Shown here: positions 26,995 to 41,450 of the stretch, piece after piece
Numbering within the stretch: the stretch's first letter is position 1
Layout of the letters: each line of letters starts with the position of its first letter
Assembly (NCBI GenBank): GCA_964016885.1
Contig: OZ024741.1
Span: 272,366,001 to 272,430,000, forward strand
DNA from: Eledone cirrhosa
Lineage: Eukaryota
Length of the DNA: 64,000 nucleotides
Direction of reading: 5' to 3'
The notes under the pieces: model-generated
Database searches by the model: none
The model's input: only the letters and a program-made list of their open reading frames with translations
Told to the model about the DNA's origin: nothing
Made by a program: the position numbers and the translations under genes

Positions 26995-28075
26995 GTGAAG
27001 GCGCGTGGCGTTGTGGTTAGGGTGTTGAACTTATGGTTATAAGTTGTGGGTTCAATTCCTGGACTTATGGTCATAATGTCGTGGGTTCAATTCCTGGACT
27101 TATGGTCATAATGTCGTGGGTTCAATTCCTGGACTTATGGTCATAATGTCGTGGGTTCAATTCCTGGACTTATGGTCATAATGTCGTGGGTTCAATTCCT
27201 GGACTTATGGTTATAATGTCGTGGGTTCAATTCCTGGACTTATGGTTATAATGTCGTGGGTTCAATTCCTGGACTTATGGTCATAATGTCGTGGGTTCAA
27301 TTCCTGGACTTATGGTCATAATGTCGTGGGTTCAATTCCTGGACTTATGGTCATAATGTCGTGGGTTCAATTCCTGGACTTATGGTTATAATGTCGTGGG
27401 TTCAATTCCTGGACTTATGGTCATAATGTCGTGGGTTCAATTCCTGGACTTATGGTCATAATGTCGTGGGTTCAATTCCTGGACTTATGGTCATAATGTC
27501 GTGGGTTCAATTCCTGGACTTATGGTTATAATGTCGTGAGTTCAATTCCTGGACTTATGGTCATAATGTCGTGGGTTCAATTCCTAGACTTATGGTCATA
27601 ATGTCGTGGGTTCAATTCCTGGACTTATGGTCATAATGTCGTGGGTTCAATTCCTGGACTTATGGTTATAATGTCGTGGGTTCAATTCCTGGACTTATGG
27701 TTATAATGTCGTGGGTTCAATTCCTGGACTTATGGTTATAATGTCGTGGGTTCAATTCCTGGACTTATGGTCATAATGTCGTGGGTTCAATTCCTGGACT
27801 TATGGTCATAATGTCGTGGGTTCAATTCCTGGATCACATGACACATTTTGTCCTTGAGCAAGACACTTTATTTCAGTTGCTCCAGTCTACTCAGCTGGCA
27901 AAAATGAGTTAGTTGTACCTGTAATTCTGTGTCACGCTGAATCGCCCGGAGAACTACGTTAAGAGTGCGCATGTCTGTGGAATGCTCAGCCACTTACATG
28001 TTAATTTCACGAGAAAGTTGTTCCGTTGATCGTATCAACTGGAACATTCGTCGTCACAACCGACGGAGTACCAGT
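26995..28075 (+). mobile_element. tRNA-derived SINE with internally amplified B-box
   Basis: A box at ~27006-27020, B-box array, then GTCCTTGAGCAAGACACTT and the SINE body. Confidence 0.8.
27061..27830 (+). repeat. 35-bp minisatellite, 22 copies (GGACTTATGGTYATAATGTCGTGGGTTCAATTCCT)
   Basis: Exact 35-bp period with no spacers. One more diverged unit at 27026-27060. Confidence 0.97.
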
Positions 28076-28604
28076 TATTTATATTTTGTGACAACAAATT
28101 TTTGGAAGGTTTCATTACCTCCCAACCTCCCACGACAATTCCTTCTCAAATTTTTCTGTGAAGGCGCGTGGCTTTGTGGTTGGGATGTTGGACTTATGGT
28201 AATAAGGTCATGAGTTCAATTCCTAGTCCAAGTGGTGCGACATGTCTTTGAGCAAAACACTTCATTTCACGTGGTCTCCAGTACACTCAGCTGAAAATAT
28301 AAACCAACAGTAACTGTAAAAAGCAACAACAAAAAAACAAAGCGGGTAGATAGAAAACGTTAGCCCTTGGTTAGCAGTCAGTCTAAAAGAGGGGCCATTC
28401 AGATGTCAAAAACGATGTAGATGGGAGTCCTTAGTCACCATGGTAACAGTCTTCAAAGAGCTGCGGCTCGGTAGCCAGTTTCGGAGAAATGGTCGGACGA
28501 GGATTCAGGACCCACCGACATTACTTTTTTCCTGATGAGAATTATGCACACACAGTATCATATAGATGACCATTGGTGTTATTGTCCATTGTCCCTGGCC
28601 CTTG

Positions 28605-28724
<120 letters not shown>

Positions 28725-28786
28725 TGTGTATGTATATGGGTGTGTGTATATTAAATATATTCATATATATATATATATATATATAT

Positions 28787-30801
28787 ATTGGTAAAAGGAA
28801 AAGAAAATGCTGACAAATTGTTCCCAGTGAAAAATAGTTGGATTCGTTGTCAATTAGTTGGATTCCATTGTCAATTAGTGATGCAGGGTAGTCCCTGCCT
28901 ATGAGTGTGTCCTTTAGTTCTTGTAGCCGTAAGTAACAGGTGTTTTTATTGGAGACTATAGTACAGATTCTCTTGGCTAAGTTGTAGGGAATATTAATTT
29001 TAACGTGTCAAATTTATCTTGGAGAACAATTACTTCGTTTTCAATAACAAACCCTACAGGCAGAAATCTGGGACCGCTACGGGAACGAAAACAGCCCCCA
29101 CTTATGCCAACCTAGTCATGGGATACCTGGAAATCACCCTCTACACTAAAGTACTAAACAAATTTGGAAACACTCTCCACTTACGCATAGAAAGGAACTG
29201 GAAGCGATATCTAGATGACTGCTTCATCCTTTGGCACGAAAACATCGAGAAACTTAAAGAATTTCACACCCTTATAAATGGGCTCAACACAAATATTAAC
29301 TTCACGATGGAATACAGCCATCAACAACTCCCCTTCCTCGACATCCTCATTAAGATTCATAACAAAAAAATAGAAACAGACATATACTACAAGCCCACAG
29401 ACTCCAAGCAATATCTTCCTTTCAACTCTTGCCACCCTAGACACGTTAAAATTAATATTCCCTACAGCTTAGCCAAGAGAATCTGTACTATAGTCTCCAA
29501 TAAAAACATCTGTTACTTACGGCTACAAGAACTAAAGGTCACACTCATAGGCAGGGACTACCCTGCATCACTAATTGACAATGGAATCCAACGTGCCCTA
29601 AAACTCAGTTCCTAGGACCTTAGACACCCTAAAGTCAATCAACCGAAACTAAAAGCTCTTCCATACATCTCCACACACAACCCCCTCAACAATGAGGCCT
29701 TTGACACCATCCTCCAGAACATTCCTGTGTTAAAAAAGGACCATAGAATGAACCAAATCCTACGAACACACAATATCATAAAGAGCAAAAGACAATCTAA
29801 GTCAATGAAAAACATCCTAACACATGCCAAAGTACTGCCAACCACAACAACGAAACCCACAGTAAAAAAATGCGATAGACCCAACTGTGGCATATGCATC
29901 AACCTAATAGAGGGTTCGGAATTCTATTTCAAAGAAGGACAACGTTTTTATAGTAAAACACAATTTCACATGCGCATCAGAAAATCTAATATATGTATTA
30001 ACTTGCTCGGGTTGTCGAGAACAATACATAGGCCAGACTCAAAACAGCCTCTGCCAACGCATGACTGTCCATAGATCCCAAATTAAAATACGGGAATACA
30101 GGAAAATACCACTGAATGAACACATTGATACCTGTGCCGCCCAAAATCATCCCAACTTCAGAATCTTTCCCCTCTACAAATTTAAAGATAATGCCACCCA
30201 CACCCAGCGCATCAACAAGGAATCTCACTTTATTAACAAATACGGACCTCGTCTAAACACTTCTCCCTAAGACGAACCCACAACATACACACGTCAACAT
30301 ACATACCTACATCAGCATACATCCTATATACATCTCTATCCACATATAAGCACAATGACATACGTAAACACATGTTCTATGGTACAACACAAATATACAC
30401 AAATTTGCATACCTTTTGATGTCTATAGATATAAACGTGCCGACACACACATACATATACGCACACATGCATTGTACACTGATGGGCACATACATATTTG
30501 TACACAAGTATTCCAATACGGCAAAGCCTAATGGATTCCCCTTGCAGTACGTACAATCTGGACACTCACACACACCTTGGTGTTATGACAATACTATATA
30601 TCATTTCACACCTTTTATTATTAAGGTTTTTGATGTTCTATTGAGAGAATCGTTTTTACTGAAAATATCGAATAATGTACACCATTTTTGCCAGTATCAC
30701 AAAAATACTGGTCCACCCCCCACCCCCACCCCCACCCCCACCCCCACACACACACACATATACACACACACATACACACGCGTACACTAACATACAAAGA
30801 G

Positions 30802-30839
<38 letters not shown>

Positions 30840-31430
30840 CTCCGTATAAGACAAGAGCTGAAAAATATCTTTTAACATGTTAAAATATCCCCCACACACG
30901 TACAGACACATTCCTACTGACCGATCCCTCTACCACGAATTACTCTGCTACACACACACACACACACTTGTCTAGGCACCTGAACTGTTGACCTGTCAGC
31001 AGGCTGCGGTTCGCACACACATCCCTGCTGACCATTATCACAACAATGAACCTCTTTACTACTACTACACACACACACACACACACACATATTTGTCTTA
31101 AAAGACTTATTTTTCAGTGACTTCTCAATCAGCCGAGACAAACCTACATTTGGCGCAAAATCAATTTTTAACATTCACATGACCTCTACCGACCAATCAA
31201 AATTGTTTTGACCACAAGAATTTTTGCAACACGAATTGGCGCGAAACTTATTTTAATACATCACGGGCGCTCTATCTCAAAATTATTTTTGAAAAGCATT
31301 AGAAATGCGCAACCGGTAAAAACTTAAAACCAAAACTGAATACTAACCAATACTATTACTAATTTTTACTTATTCCTAATTAAACTATTTTTCACTGGGA
31401 ACAATTTGTCAGCATTTTCTTTTCCTTTTA

Positions 31431-31436
<6 letters not shown>
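28787..31436 (+). mobile_element. Neptune-type PLE, 5'-truncated with inverted 3' terminus
   Basis: 28787-28839 is inverted relative to 31383-31436. (TA)n on both sides. Confidence 0.8.
29019..30270 (+). pseudogene. Neptune-like PLE RT + zinc-finger linker + GIY-YIG (stop at 29613, frameshift ~29950)
   Basis: GTATGTKTAPTYANL, RYLDDCF, LPFLDI, YYKPTDSKQYL..SCHP, CDRPNCGIC, CASENLIYVLTCSGCREQYIGQT, KESHFI..LN. Confidence 0.88.
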
Positions 31437-31511
<75 letters not shown>

Positions 31512-31529
31512 TATATGTATATAGGAAAT

Positions 31530-31701
31530 TGCAGAGCTCAAGCCGTTTCGACTGCTATTTCTGGACTCCAGATATAGCAGTCGAAACGGCTTGAGCTCTG
31601 CCGTCGGGGTCTTGAACAATTTCCTATTACCCACTCTACTACCCTAAGTATTGAGTACTCTGGTGCGTTATGGTCCACCCGATTACTTACCACACTTCCC
31701 G

Positions 31702-31704
<3 letters not shown>
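31530..31704 (+). mobile_element. Family L short PLE-type 3' end with fold-back
   Basis: Same GAAACGGC..GAGCTC..GCCGTCGGGGTC motif and 3' tail as 5520-5712. A mirrored copy is at 32453-32658. Confidence 0.75.
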
Positions 31705-32658
<954 letters not shown>

Positions 32659-34073
32659 TATATATATATATACGATATTAAATAAATGGAAACTATATTT
32701 ATAAAACCATATTTATTTCATTATATATATTTCAGGGATATCATATTAACAATATGCTATGCCTTCCTCAGACAAAATACAATATAGACAGTTTTATAGA
32801 TAAATAGATTTGACATACCGTTCAACATTGAAAAGTTGATTTGGCAGTGAAAAATTGTAAACAGAAAGAAAGAAAGAGAGAAAGAAGGAAAGAAAGAAAA
32901 GAAAGAAAGAAAACGAAGAAGAAGAAGAAAAAGAAGAAATGCATGCAACAAAATAGAGAGATGGAAAGATAGATAAAGAGAAGAACTTCATGTAAAGAAA
33001 CAGAGAGAGATATATATAGAGAGAGGAAATAGATAGAGATAGATATATATAGAGAAAAGTAGGTAGTTGGACATCCGTTGAATAAACGTATCAATGATAC
33101 ATTTATTTATTTATTTATTTATTTAGCTCTAGTATTAATGTAAGGGAGATATATGTGGTTAGGAGAGAAACCAGCTGTTATATATAGAGAAAAATGAAAA
33201 GTAACCAGACATAGGCGAGGCATAAAAACCCTATGTTTTAATGTAGAAGTATTAGTATGTATAAAAACCAGGCACTATAATGTAAATATCAGTATTCCTG
33301 AATGAGACACGTATCCATAATGTGTGAAAAGTAATGATCTTATGTTTAGTTTTAAAAATTCATATGTTTATATGATAACTACAAACATCGATGTGAATTT
33401 ACGTGATCAACTCTGCAAACCCCTATTTCACACGGAGAACATTCTCATTGTGCTATAAAAATTTAAGTATACATATATGTGTATATATATACACATATAT
33501 ATAGAGTCTATATTAATTTTAACAATACTATTCTTGTCTTTACTCTACATGATTATCTATCAAGCAGAAATAGAGAACAGATTTCAATATATTAATAAAA
33601 TATCAGAAACAAAAACAAAAAATAATAATAATAATAATAATAAATAATAATAAAAAACTAAAAAATATTACGAAAAAATATTACATATTAAAAATAAAAA
33701 TATTAGAAAATACTACAATAATAAAAATAAAAATAAACCACAAAGATCAACCCTTCAAAATTAATTGACAATATATTGCCAAGTTCATTATAAGCATCAG
33801 AGTCGAAAACAGATAAAGCTAAAAATTATTTATCAAATTGCGTCTAGCAAAAATCATTTCAAAAAGTTTAGGATGCCCATTTGGTCTACATGTGTTCTTA
33901 TATTTAATATAGAAGTTTATCTAGTGTAACGTTTATTCGAAATATTTGGAGCATCAACTTTTAGGGTAGTTTAATTTTTCATGAAGAATGTTTAAATAAA
34001 AATAAAAATAAAAAGAAGAATAAATAAGGCACTAAATTACGCATTCAAACATACAGACCTAACTAGCAATGAA

Positions 34074-35423
34074 ATGCACATTATATTATCGGCTAGGAAA
34101 ACATTGATAGAATTTAATGATCAACTATGGACCAGAGCAGATAGAGATAGCAATTTTGACATTACTATGGGATCATCCGACTCAGCTCAGGTAACTGACC
34201 TTGTGGGCTTATTTTTAATCAATTCGCTACATAGGAAAATACCTGGTACTACCGGAGGTTTATATAGAGATGACATGCTTTTACTTATTGATAATAATAA
34301 CTCTGAACTAAATAGAAAAAGTAAACAAATTACACAATTTTTTAATTACTTTAATCTTAAAATAGAAATTGAGAACAACCATAGAATAGTCAATTTCCTA
34401 GATATAACATTAAATCTCAACACATGTCTCCACTATCCTTTTCACAAGTTGAATGAAAACTTAAACTATGTCAACTTTAACTCTAACCACCCCAGATCTG
34501 TCAAAAACACTATAGTAAACTCTGTTCAAAAACGTATCTCTAGAATCTCGTCTAATAGAAAGATTTTCGACGAAAAAGCCCAGTACTACAATGAAGCGTT
34601 AGCTAGAGCAGGATATAGTGATAAGATTATGTACATAGATAATGATAGACAAACTAAACAAAATAACAACTATTTTAATTACGGCAACAACCTTAACAAC
34701 TATAATAGAAAGCATTACAATAATTCCAAAAGCCAAAAAAGAAATAGAACTAGGAACATAATTTGGTTTGCCCCCCCTTTCTCACTAAACATTAAAACCC
34801 ACATCGCTAAACTACTTTTTAAAGCTCTTGATAATCGCTTCCCTAGAACACATAGGTATCACTCAATTTTCAATAGACATACTATAAAATTAACCTACTC
34901 ATCCACCAAAAATTTAGCACAAAATATTAATAGAATAAATAATAGGAACTTAAAACCTAGTGATAATAGCATAAATAATATACAAGTTAACAAATGTAAC
35001 TGTAGAGATAGATCTAAATGTCCGTTAAATAACAACTGCTTAGTTAAAAATATAATATACAATTGTAATGTTAAAACTGACTCTAATTCTTTTAACTACG
35101 TCGGTTCCACATCAACGGAATTTAAACTTCGCTATAATAACCACAAGAATTCTTTCACAGATCCAAGCAAAAAATCTTCAACAGCACTATCAGGCGTACT
35201 CTGGCAACTTAAGCTAGATAACGTTAGATATTCGACGGCTTGGAATATAGTCTCAAGAGGGATTCCTTTTAATTCATCCTCTGAGACATATTACCTCTGC
35301 GCAGAGGAGATATTCTTTATACTAAAATCTAAAAATTCCCTTAATCTACGGACAAATTTATTCAGTTGCTGCAAACATAGATTAAACTCAACTTTTAAAT
35401 ATAAATTTAAATTTAAAATGTAG
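34074..35423 (+). CDS. PLE RT (from motif B onward) + GIY-YIG endonuclease, N-terminally truncated
   Basis: ITMGSSDSAQVTDL, LYRDD, NFLDITL, CNCRDRSKCPL, IIY..YVGST, LCAEE, SCCKH. Confidence 0.9.
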   Translation: MHIILSARKTLIEFNDQLWTRADRDSNFDITMGSSDSAQVTDLVGLFLINSLHRKIPGTTGGLYRDDMLLLIDNNNSELNRKSKQITQFFNYFNLKIEIENNHRIVNFLDITLNLNTCLHYPFHKLNENLNYVNFNSNHPRSVKNTIVNSVQKRISRISSNRKIFDEKAQYYNEALARAGYSDKIMYIDNDRQTKQNNNYFNYGNNLNNYNRKHYNNSKSQKRNRTRNIIWFAPPFSLNIKTHIAKLLFKALDNRFPRTHRYHSIFNRHTIKLTYSSTKNLAQNINRINNRNLKPSDNSINNIQVNKCNCRDRSKCPLNNNCLVKNIIYNCNVKTDSNSFNYVGSTSTEFKLRYNNHKNSFTDPSKKSSTALSGVLWQLKLDNVRYSTAWNIVSRGIPFNSSSETYYLCAEEIFFILKSKNSLNLRTNLFSCCKHRLNSTFKYKFKFKM

Positions 35424-36742
35424 TATATTTAGTTTGATTTATAATTATTTGGGAAACTAGCCGATAAATCTTTCGATTTCTTCTTTTTATTCTTCTTTTT
35501 ATTTTTATTTTTATTTAAACATTCTTCATGAAAAATTAAACTACCCTAAAAGTTGATGCTCCAAATATTTCGAATAAACGTTACACTAGATAAACTTCTA
35601 TATTAAATATAAGAACACATGTAGACCAAATGGGCATCCTAAACTTTTTGAAATGATTTTTGCTAGACGCAATTTGATAAATAATTTTTAGCTTTATCTG
35701 TTTTCGACTCTGATGCTTATAATGAACTTGGCAATATATTGTCAATTAATTTTGAAGGGTTGATCTTTGTGGTTTATTTTTATTTTTATTATTGTAGTAT
35801 TTTCTAATATTTTTATTTTTAATATGTAATATTTTTTCGTAATATTTTTTTAGTTTTTTATTATTATTTATTATTATTATTATTATTATTTTTTGTTTTT
35901 GTTTCTGATATTTTATTAATATATTGAAATCTGTTCTCTATTTCTGCTTGATAGATAATCATGTAGAGTAAAGATAAGAATAGTATTGTTAAAATTAATA
36001 TAGACTCTATATATATGTGTATATATATACACATATATGTATACTTAAATTTTTATAGCACAATGAGAATGTTCTCCGTGTGAAATAGGGGTTTGCAGAG
36101 TTGATCACGTAAATTCACATCGATGTTTGTAGTTATCATATAAACATATGAATTTTTAAAACTAAACATAAGATCATTACTTTTCACACATTATGGATAC
36201 GTGTCTCATTCAGGAATACTGATATTTACATTATAGTGCCTGGTTTTTATACATACTAATACTTCTACATTAAAACATAGGGTTTTTATGCCTCGCCTAT
36301 GTCTGGTTACTTTTCATTTTTCTCTATATATAACAGCTGGTTTCTCTCCTAACCACATATATCTCCCTTACATTAATACTAGAGCTAAATAAATAAATAA
36401 ATAAATAAATGTATCATTGATACGTTTATTCAACGGATGTCCAACTACCTACTTTTCTCTATATATATCTATCTCTATCTATTTCCTCTCTCTATATATA
36501 TCTCTCTCTGTTTCTTTACATGAAGTTCTTCTCTTTATCTATCTTTCCATCTCTCTATTTTGTTGCATGCATTTCTTCTTTTTCTTCTTTTTCTTCGTTT
36601 TCTTTCTTTCTTTTCTTTCTTTCCTTCTTTCTCTCTTTCTTTCTTTCTGTTTACAATTTTTCACTGCCAAATCAACTTTTCAAATACAAGTCGATGTTGA
36701 ACGGTATGTCAAATCTATTTATCTATAAAACTGTCTATATTG

Positions 36743-36808
36743 TATTTTGTCTGAGGAAGGCATAGCATATTGTTAATATGATATCCCTGAAATATATATA
36801 ATGAAATA
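36743..36808 (+). ncRNA. Type I hammerhead (family B)
   Basis: UAUUUUGU-CUGAGGA-AGG...CCU-GAAA-UAUAUA-UA-AUGAAAUA. Confidence 0.82.
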
Positions 36809-36935
36809 AATATGGTTTTATAAATATAGTTTCCATTTATTTAATATCGTAAATATACTCCAAATACTTGTTGAGTGCTTTTATATCAGTTATAAATATT
36901 TACTAGTTGTAACCCAACAATTTAAATATAACTTT

Positions 36936-36970
<35 letters not shown>

Positions 36971-36973
<3 letters not shown>

Positions 36974-37224
36974 AAGAAGAGAAATAGGACGAAGGTAAAC
37001 AATTACAAAAGAATTTAATCCACGTATTTACAATTGTTTCATCAGAATTTCAGTCCATTATTGCTACACTATGTTATAATAGGCAATCAAGAAAGATACT
37101 TTCTTGATTGCCTATTATAACATAGTGTAGCAATAATGGACTGAAATTCTGATGAAACAATTGTAAATACGTGGATTAAATTCTTTTGTAATTGTTTACC
37201 TGCGTCCTATTTCTCTTCTTTGAT
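36971..37224. repeat. Near-perfect ~250-bp palindrome (fold-back insertion) with an HHR 3' half on each arm
   Basis: Arms are complementary about ~37097. Each arm has GAAA-CAAUUG-UA. Confidence 0.85.
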
Positions 37225-37475
37225 TACACTCCTCGTTTGTTCGTGTTTCCACTACAGAATCCCTACCAACCTGTCGAGTCACCTTAACGTATGTTGAGAA
37301 CTTTCCTCACAACTGGTTCTACCAAGCTTTGGAATACTCCTAATAACTGAAGTATATATATATATATATAGTTATACTTTGGGAGGGTCATGTTGGCAAT
37401 AAAAACACACGCACCTTCAAATTATTATAGGTTTCCAGTTGGTTGGTTCTATAACCGGAAGGTTGTTTATATATT

Positions 37476-37518
37476 GTCAAAGCTCTTTCGTCACACATTC
37501 TGTGACCTCCTCAGTGAC
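37476..37518 (-). ncRNA. Minimal type I hammerhead (family H)
   Basis: GUCA-CUGAGGA-G-GUCACA..UGUGAC-GAAA-GAGCU-UU-GAC. Confidence 0.72.
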
Positions 37519-39636
37519 TAGTTTTTTTTATTATTTTGTGTGTCTCTCCTTTGTTCTATCCTACACCATCGTGTTTTTGTGTGCTGTGTGTTGTGTGCTT
37601 AGTTTGAGCATGCGTTACATCAGGGTGTGTGTTTTTATTTATTTATTGGTGTGTTTATTTACTTGTTCCATCTGTGTGTCTTCATTTTGTCCTTAACTAC
37701 TAGTTGTAATGTTGCTATTCCACCCATGTTTCCTTTCGTGCTCCAAGTTAAAGGTGGCTGTCGTTTGGAGAGTGTGTATATAGTGATAATAGGAAGTCAT
37801 ATTTGCAGCTTGTTATGAACCTTTATTTAGGGCTGTTAGAATTATGGTAAGTGGTGTACAACGAGTGTTAGGTAGGCAATTTCTCTGTTTACCCCTCAGT
37901 GGTAAAAGTTCACATTTTATATTCGGCGAACAAGTCGACCCCTAGTTTTGGAGAGATATTTTTAGGCCCCAAATGTCGATTTTTGCGCCGGCATATACGG
38001 TATATATGAATATATATATACACGTACATATATACATATACGTATGTATGAGTATCTACAAAAAAAAAAAATTCATTCAGTAAGATTATATTTTCAGATA
38101 GGAAGTAGGTGTGTGAAGCCACGTGACTGCTAACTTTAAGTCTTATAGTCACTGGTTGTAAACACTTATTGCTGTAAACAATGGTAGCCTATGATGCAAC
38201 TTCGGAACTTAGCACTCCCCTCATACACACATACACACACGCTCACATACTCATAGAGACGCACACACACATATCTACATAAAGAAACATACGTACACAT
38301 ACACATGCACACACATATATCTAAGTCAACAAATATACGTACACACAAGCGAGATAAGATACTTTTTGTCACATACAGACATATATATATACTAGGTAAA
38401 CTACCCGTCCTTTGCACGGTTCAAGTAGCTTTCGATGTAGCTCATTAAACTAAACAAAGTAAATTTGAATACATAGAAGAAAAACGTACTTTATGTAAAC
38501 ATGAAAACCTTAGGCACTATTCCAGCGAAATAATTAATATGTGAGCTCAGTCTCATCCGTTATCCCATGTAACAACAGAAATCCAGTCTAGGTATAAATT
38601 TTTTTAACAACAGTAAAACCTTTTGTTTCAAGTACAAAGAGTAAAGTATAATCCGAATGAGCCGAATTGTAATAATCAAAATCCCCAAACAAAATTTTTA
38701 ACATCAAAAATGAGTTCCTATTGTATTGACGAAAGATAACTCTTGTCTTACTTAATCATGAAATATTGACGAAAGATAACTCTTGTCTTACTTAATCACG
38801 AACATTGACACAAATAACCGAAATTTTTTAATGTCTCCAAAGGCCCCAATATCGATTTTTGAAAGCCTTTGTAGATCATGTATAGGTTTTGTGCAAGGAG
38901 AAGCTCTGTAAAAAATTTCAAAGAAATTGCATGAATGGTTTAGAACACAGGTTCTCAACCCATTTAGGCCAAACGCCCTCTTCTGTCCCTCGAAATTACG
39001 AAACGCCCCCTACCCTATTTTTTCCATTTTTCAATATACTACTGATTTGTTGATATCTGTAGATTACTAAAAAATTGATTAACAATATTCCAAAGATACC
39101 ATTGCAGGCAGCTGAGAGTATAAATACATTCCTTGAAAGGAAATATATAAATTTCAAAAAAAGGAACATAAATGTTCTTTTTTATGAATAAGGACCAGTT
39201 GAATTTGTTATATTCCCACCAGGCGATACCAGCTATTTTGAACATTTATACAAGAGCAACTCTGTCTATCCCAAGAGTGCTCTTATCTGGAAGAAAGTGG
39301 CAATTATATCATTTCAAAGCTTTCCAATTTTCCCTTTAATGAAACGGACAGAATAAATGTTGATATCTAACTTGATATCCCCTCTGCTTTGTGAGTAGAG
39401 GGTTTTCATGAAGAGGGTTCCACGCGGGAGGATATATTTATTAGTAAATGGTAAAATATATACAACAAATGAGTAAGTGAATTGTAGTCGATGGTTTCCA
39501 GTCCAGTCAGACTGCAACTACAAATTTAAAAAAATTGTTAGTTTGCTTTGTAACAATAGCATATCCAAGTTTTCAGATAAATCAACTTACTTTAACTTTG
39601 ACCTCATTTCAATGGGACCCTTGAACTTTATGGACT

Positions 39637-40410
39637 CTATTTGACGCCAGGCTGGATTTTTGTAAGATGTAGCTGGAGATCTCCACGTGTAATTACATTG
39701 TAGCGGTTGCGAGCCTTACTGTGCAGTCTGGAAACAGCACCAAACCTCCTCTTGACTAAGTATGAGCTTGGAAAAGGCAGAGCAAATCTCTTAGCCTCTG
39801 CATGTAGGTGTGGAAATCGACGCTGAATTTCCTCTTGCATCCAAAAAAGGGGTTCACCTATTTTGGGAAATCTAATTTTGATCATGTCATTTGCTTGAAC
39901 TTCAATGAATTCTTCCTGAAATATAACGTCCAAATCATCGATGGTAGCTATGAAGGGATCTGATACCCACATTGGGATATCCATCGGCAAAAGGTCGACA
40001 AACCGTTCTCTCATGTTGTCTTGTAGCGCACGGAGGTGAATGGTATAAATTTGGATTTGGTCATCGCTTACAATGTTTTGAACATTGGCGACGCTAGGAA
40101 AATTATAGAATTCACGTCAACAAAGATTCCTTTCAATGACATTCAATTTGGCCAGGAATGTTTTCACAGCATTCCTTGCTTTAAGCAAGGTGATCTTCTT
40201 CCCCTGCAAAGCCAAAATGACGCTATTGCATTTGTCGACGATGTCGGTGAGGTAGGCGCAGTTTTGCCTCACATCGAGGGTTTTCTTGTACAGTTCTGTG
40301 TTGCGTCCTCGCAGAAACTCAATGATAGAGTCGAACAGTTCAAAGAAGTGAGTAAGGCACTTGCCCTTTGAAAGCCACCTCACTTCATTATGAAGGAGCA
40401 ACTTGACGAA

Positions 40411-40443
<33 letters not shown>

Positions 40444-41450
40444 TTCGTTTAACGTCCATCTTCCACGCTAGCATGGGTTAGACGGGAGTTGTCCCACTTG
40501 AGGCAAGGTAGGTCGGGTGACCGTGTCTCGCTCATATAGGGCTATCTGACAGGTTTTCTACGGCTGGATGCCCTTCCTAACACCAACCACATTTACAGTG
40601 TGGAACTGGGAACATTTTACCGTGTTACCTACACGGCCACATTACAGCGTGGACTGTGTTTTTTTTTTGTTTTTTTTTGTCGTGACACACGATCTCGATC
40701 TCATTATCTCATTTATTTGGACTGGATGTGGTGTTGGAGGGAGTGGGAGGATAGGGTAGGGGTAGTGGATTGGGGTGTATATTTGGTTAAGAGGTACCTA
40801 CTGACTGTAGGTTTCGCTTTGAACATAGGCAAAGCGGGTCTTCTGTATTACTGCATAGCGCCAAAGATCTCGGTCCAGTGACATTGTCTTGGAGAGGTGC
40901 AAGTGTGTAAGGTCGGAATTTATCTGATCGTCCCAAGTTTTTCTGGGTCTACCTACTCCGTAACTACCATCAATTTTGATCGCCCTGCACTTTTTTATAC
41001 AGCTGTCGTCTTTCATGCGTATCACGTGGCCATACCAACGTAGTCTTCTCTCAAGTAAACAGCATCTGATCCCTCTTATTCCTAATTTCTCACTTAGTTC
41101 ATTTATGCTTTGCCGTTCACGTATATTACTATTACACATCCAGCGGAGCATGCATGCTTCGTTCCTTTCCATCCTGCGCAGGTCCTCTGCACGTACTTCG
41201 TCATTATCTTGGCACAGTTGCCGGAAAATTCGTTCATTGAGGGAATGCCGTTTGATAAAATTGATGACATCAAGGGCCACCTGCAAGGACTTTCTCAGTG
41301 GCTTGCTGAGTTTCTTCGCAGCCAAGTGTTGTCGATGAATGACACAATGAACAACAAATGCAGATAGATTTTCTCTCTTCAGAAGAGTGACGAAACCCTT
41401 ATGTTGGCCGACCATTGCTCTTGCGTCGTCCGTAGCACATGATACAATGT
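39637..41450 (-). pseudogene. hAT/Buster transposase C-terminal half, interrupted by an RTE insertion
   Basis: CATDDARAMVG, HCVIHRQHLAAK, LLLHNEVRWLSKG, LPFPSSYLVKRRFGAV..KARNR. Confidence 0.9.
40412..41195 (-). mobile_element. RTE LINE 3' fragment inserted in the transposase gene
   Basis: ERNEACMLRWM..RRLRWYGHV..GRPRKTW, 3' UTR and (GAT)n tail. Confidence 0.88.

Larger units (their letters stand above)
32672..36939 (+). mobile_element. Hydra-type PLE family B, 5'-truncated with a 1.35-kb inverted 3' UTR
   Basis: 32672-34024 is the reverse complement of ~35487-36850. HHRs at 32714-32779 (-) and 36743-36808 (+). (TA)n flanks. Confidence 0.92.

Noticed and set aside
27061-27830. CRISPR array
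   Set aside because: The 35-bp units are contiguous with no unique spacers. The context is a eukaryotic SINE and there are no cas genes.
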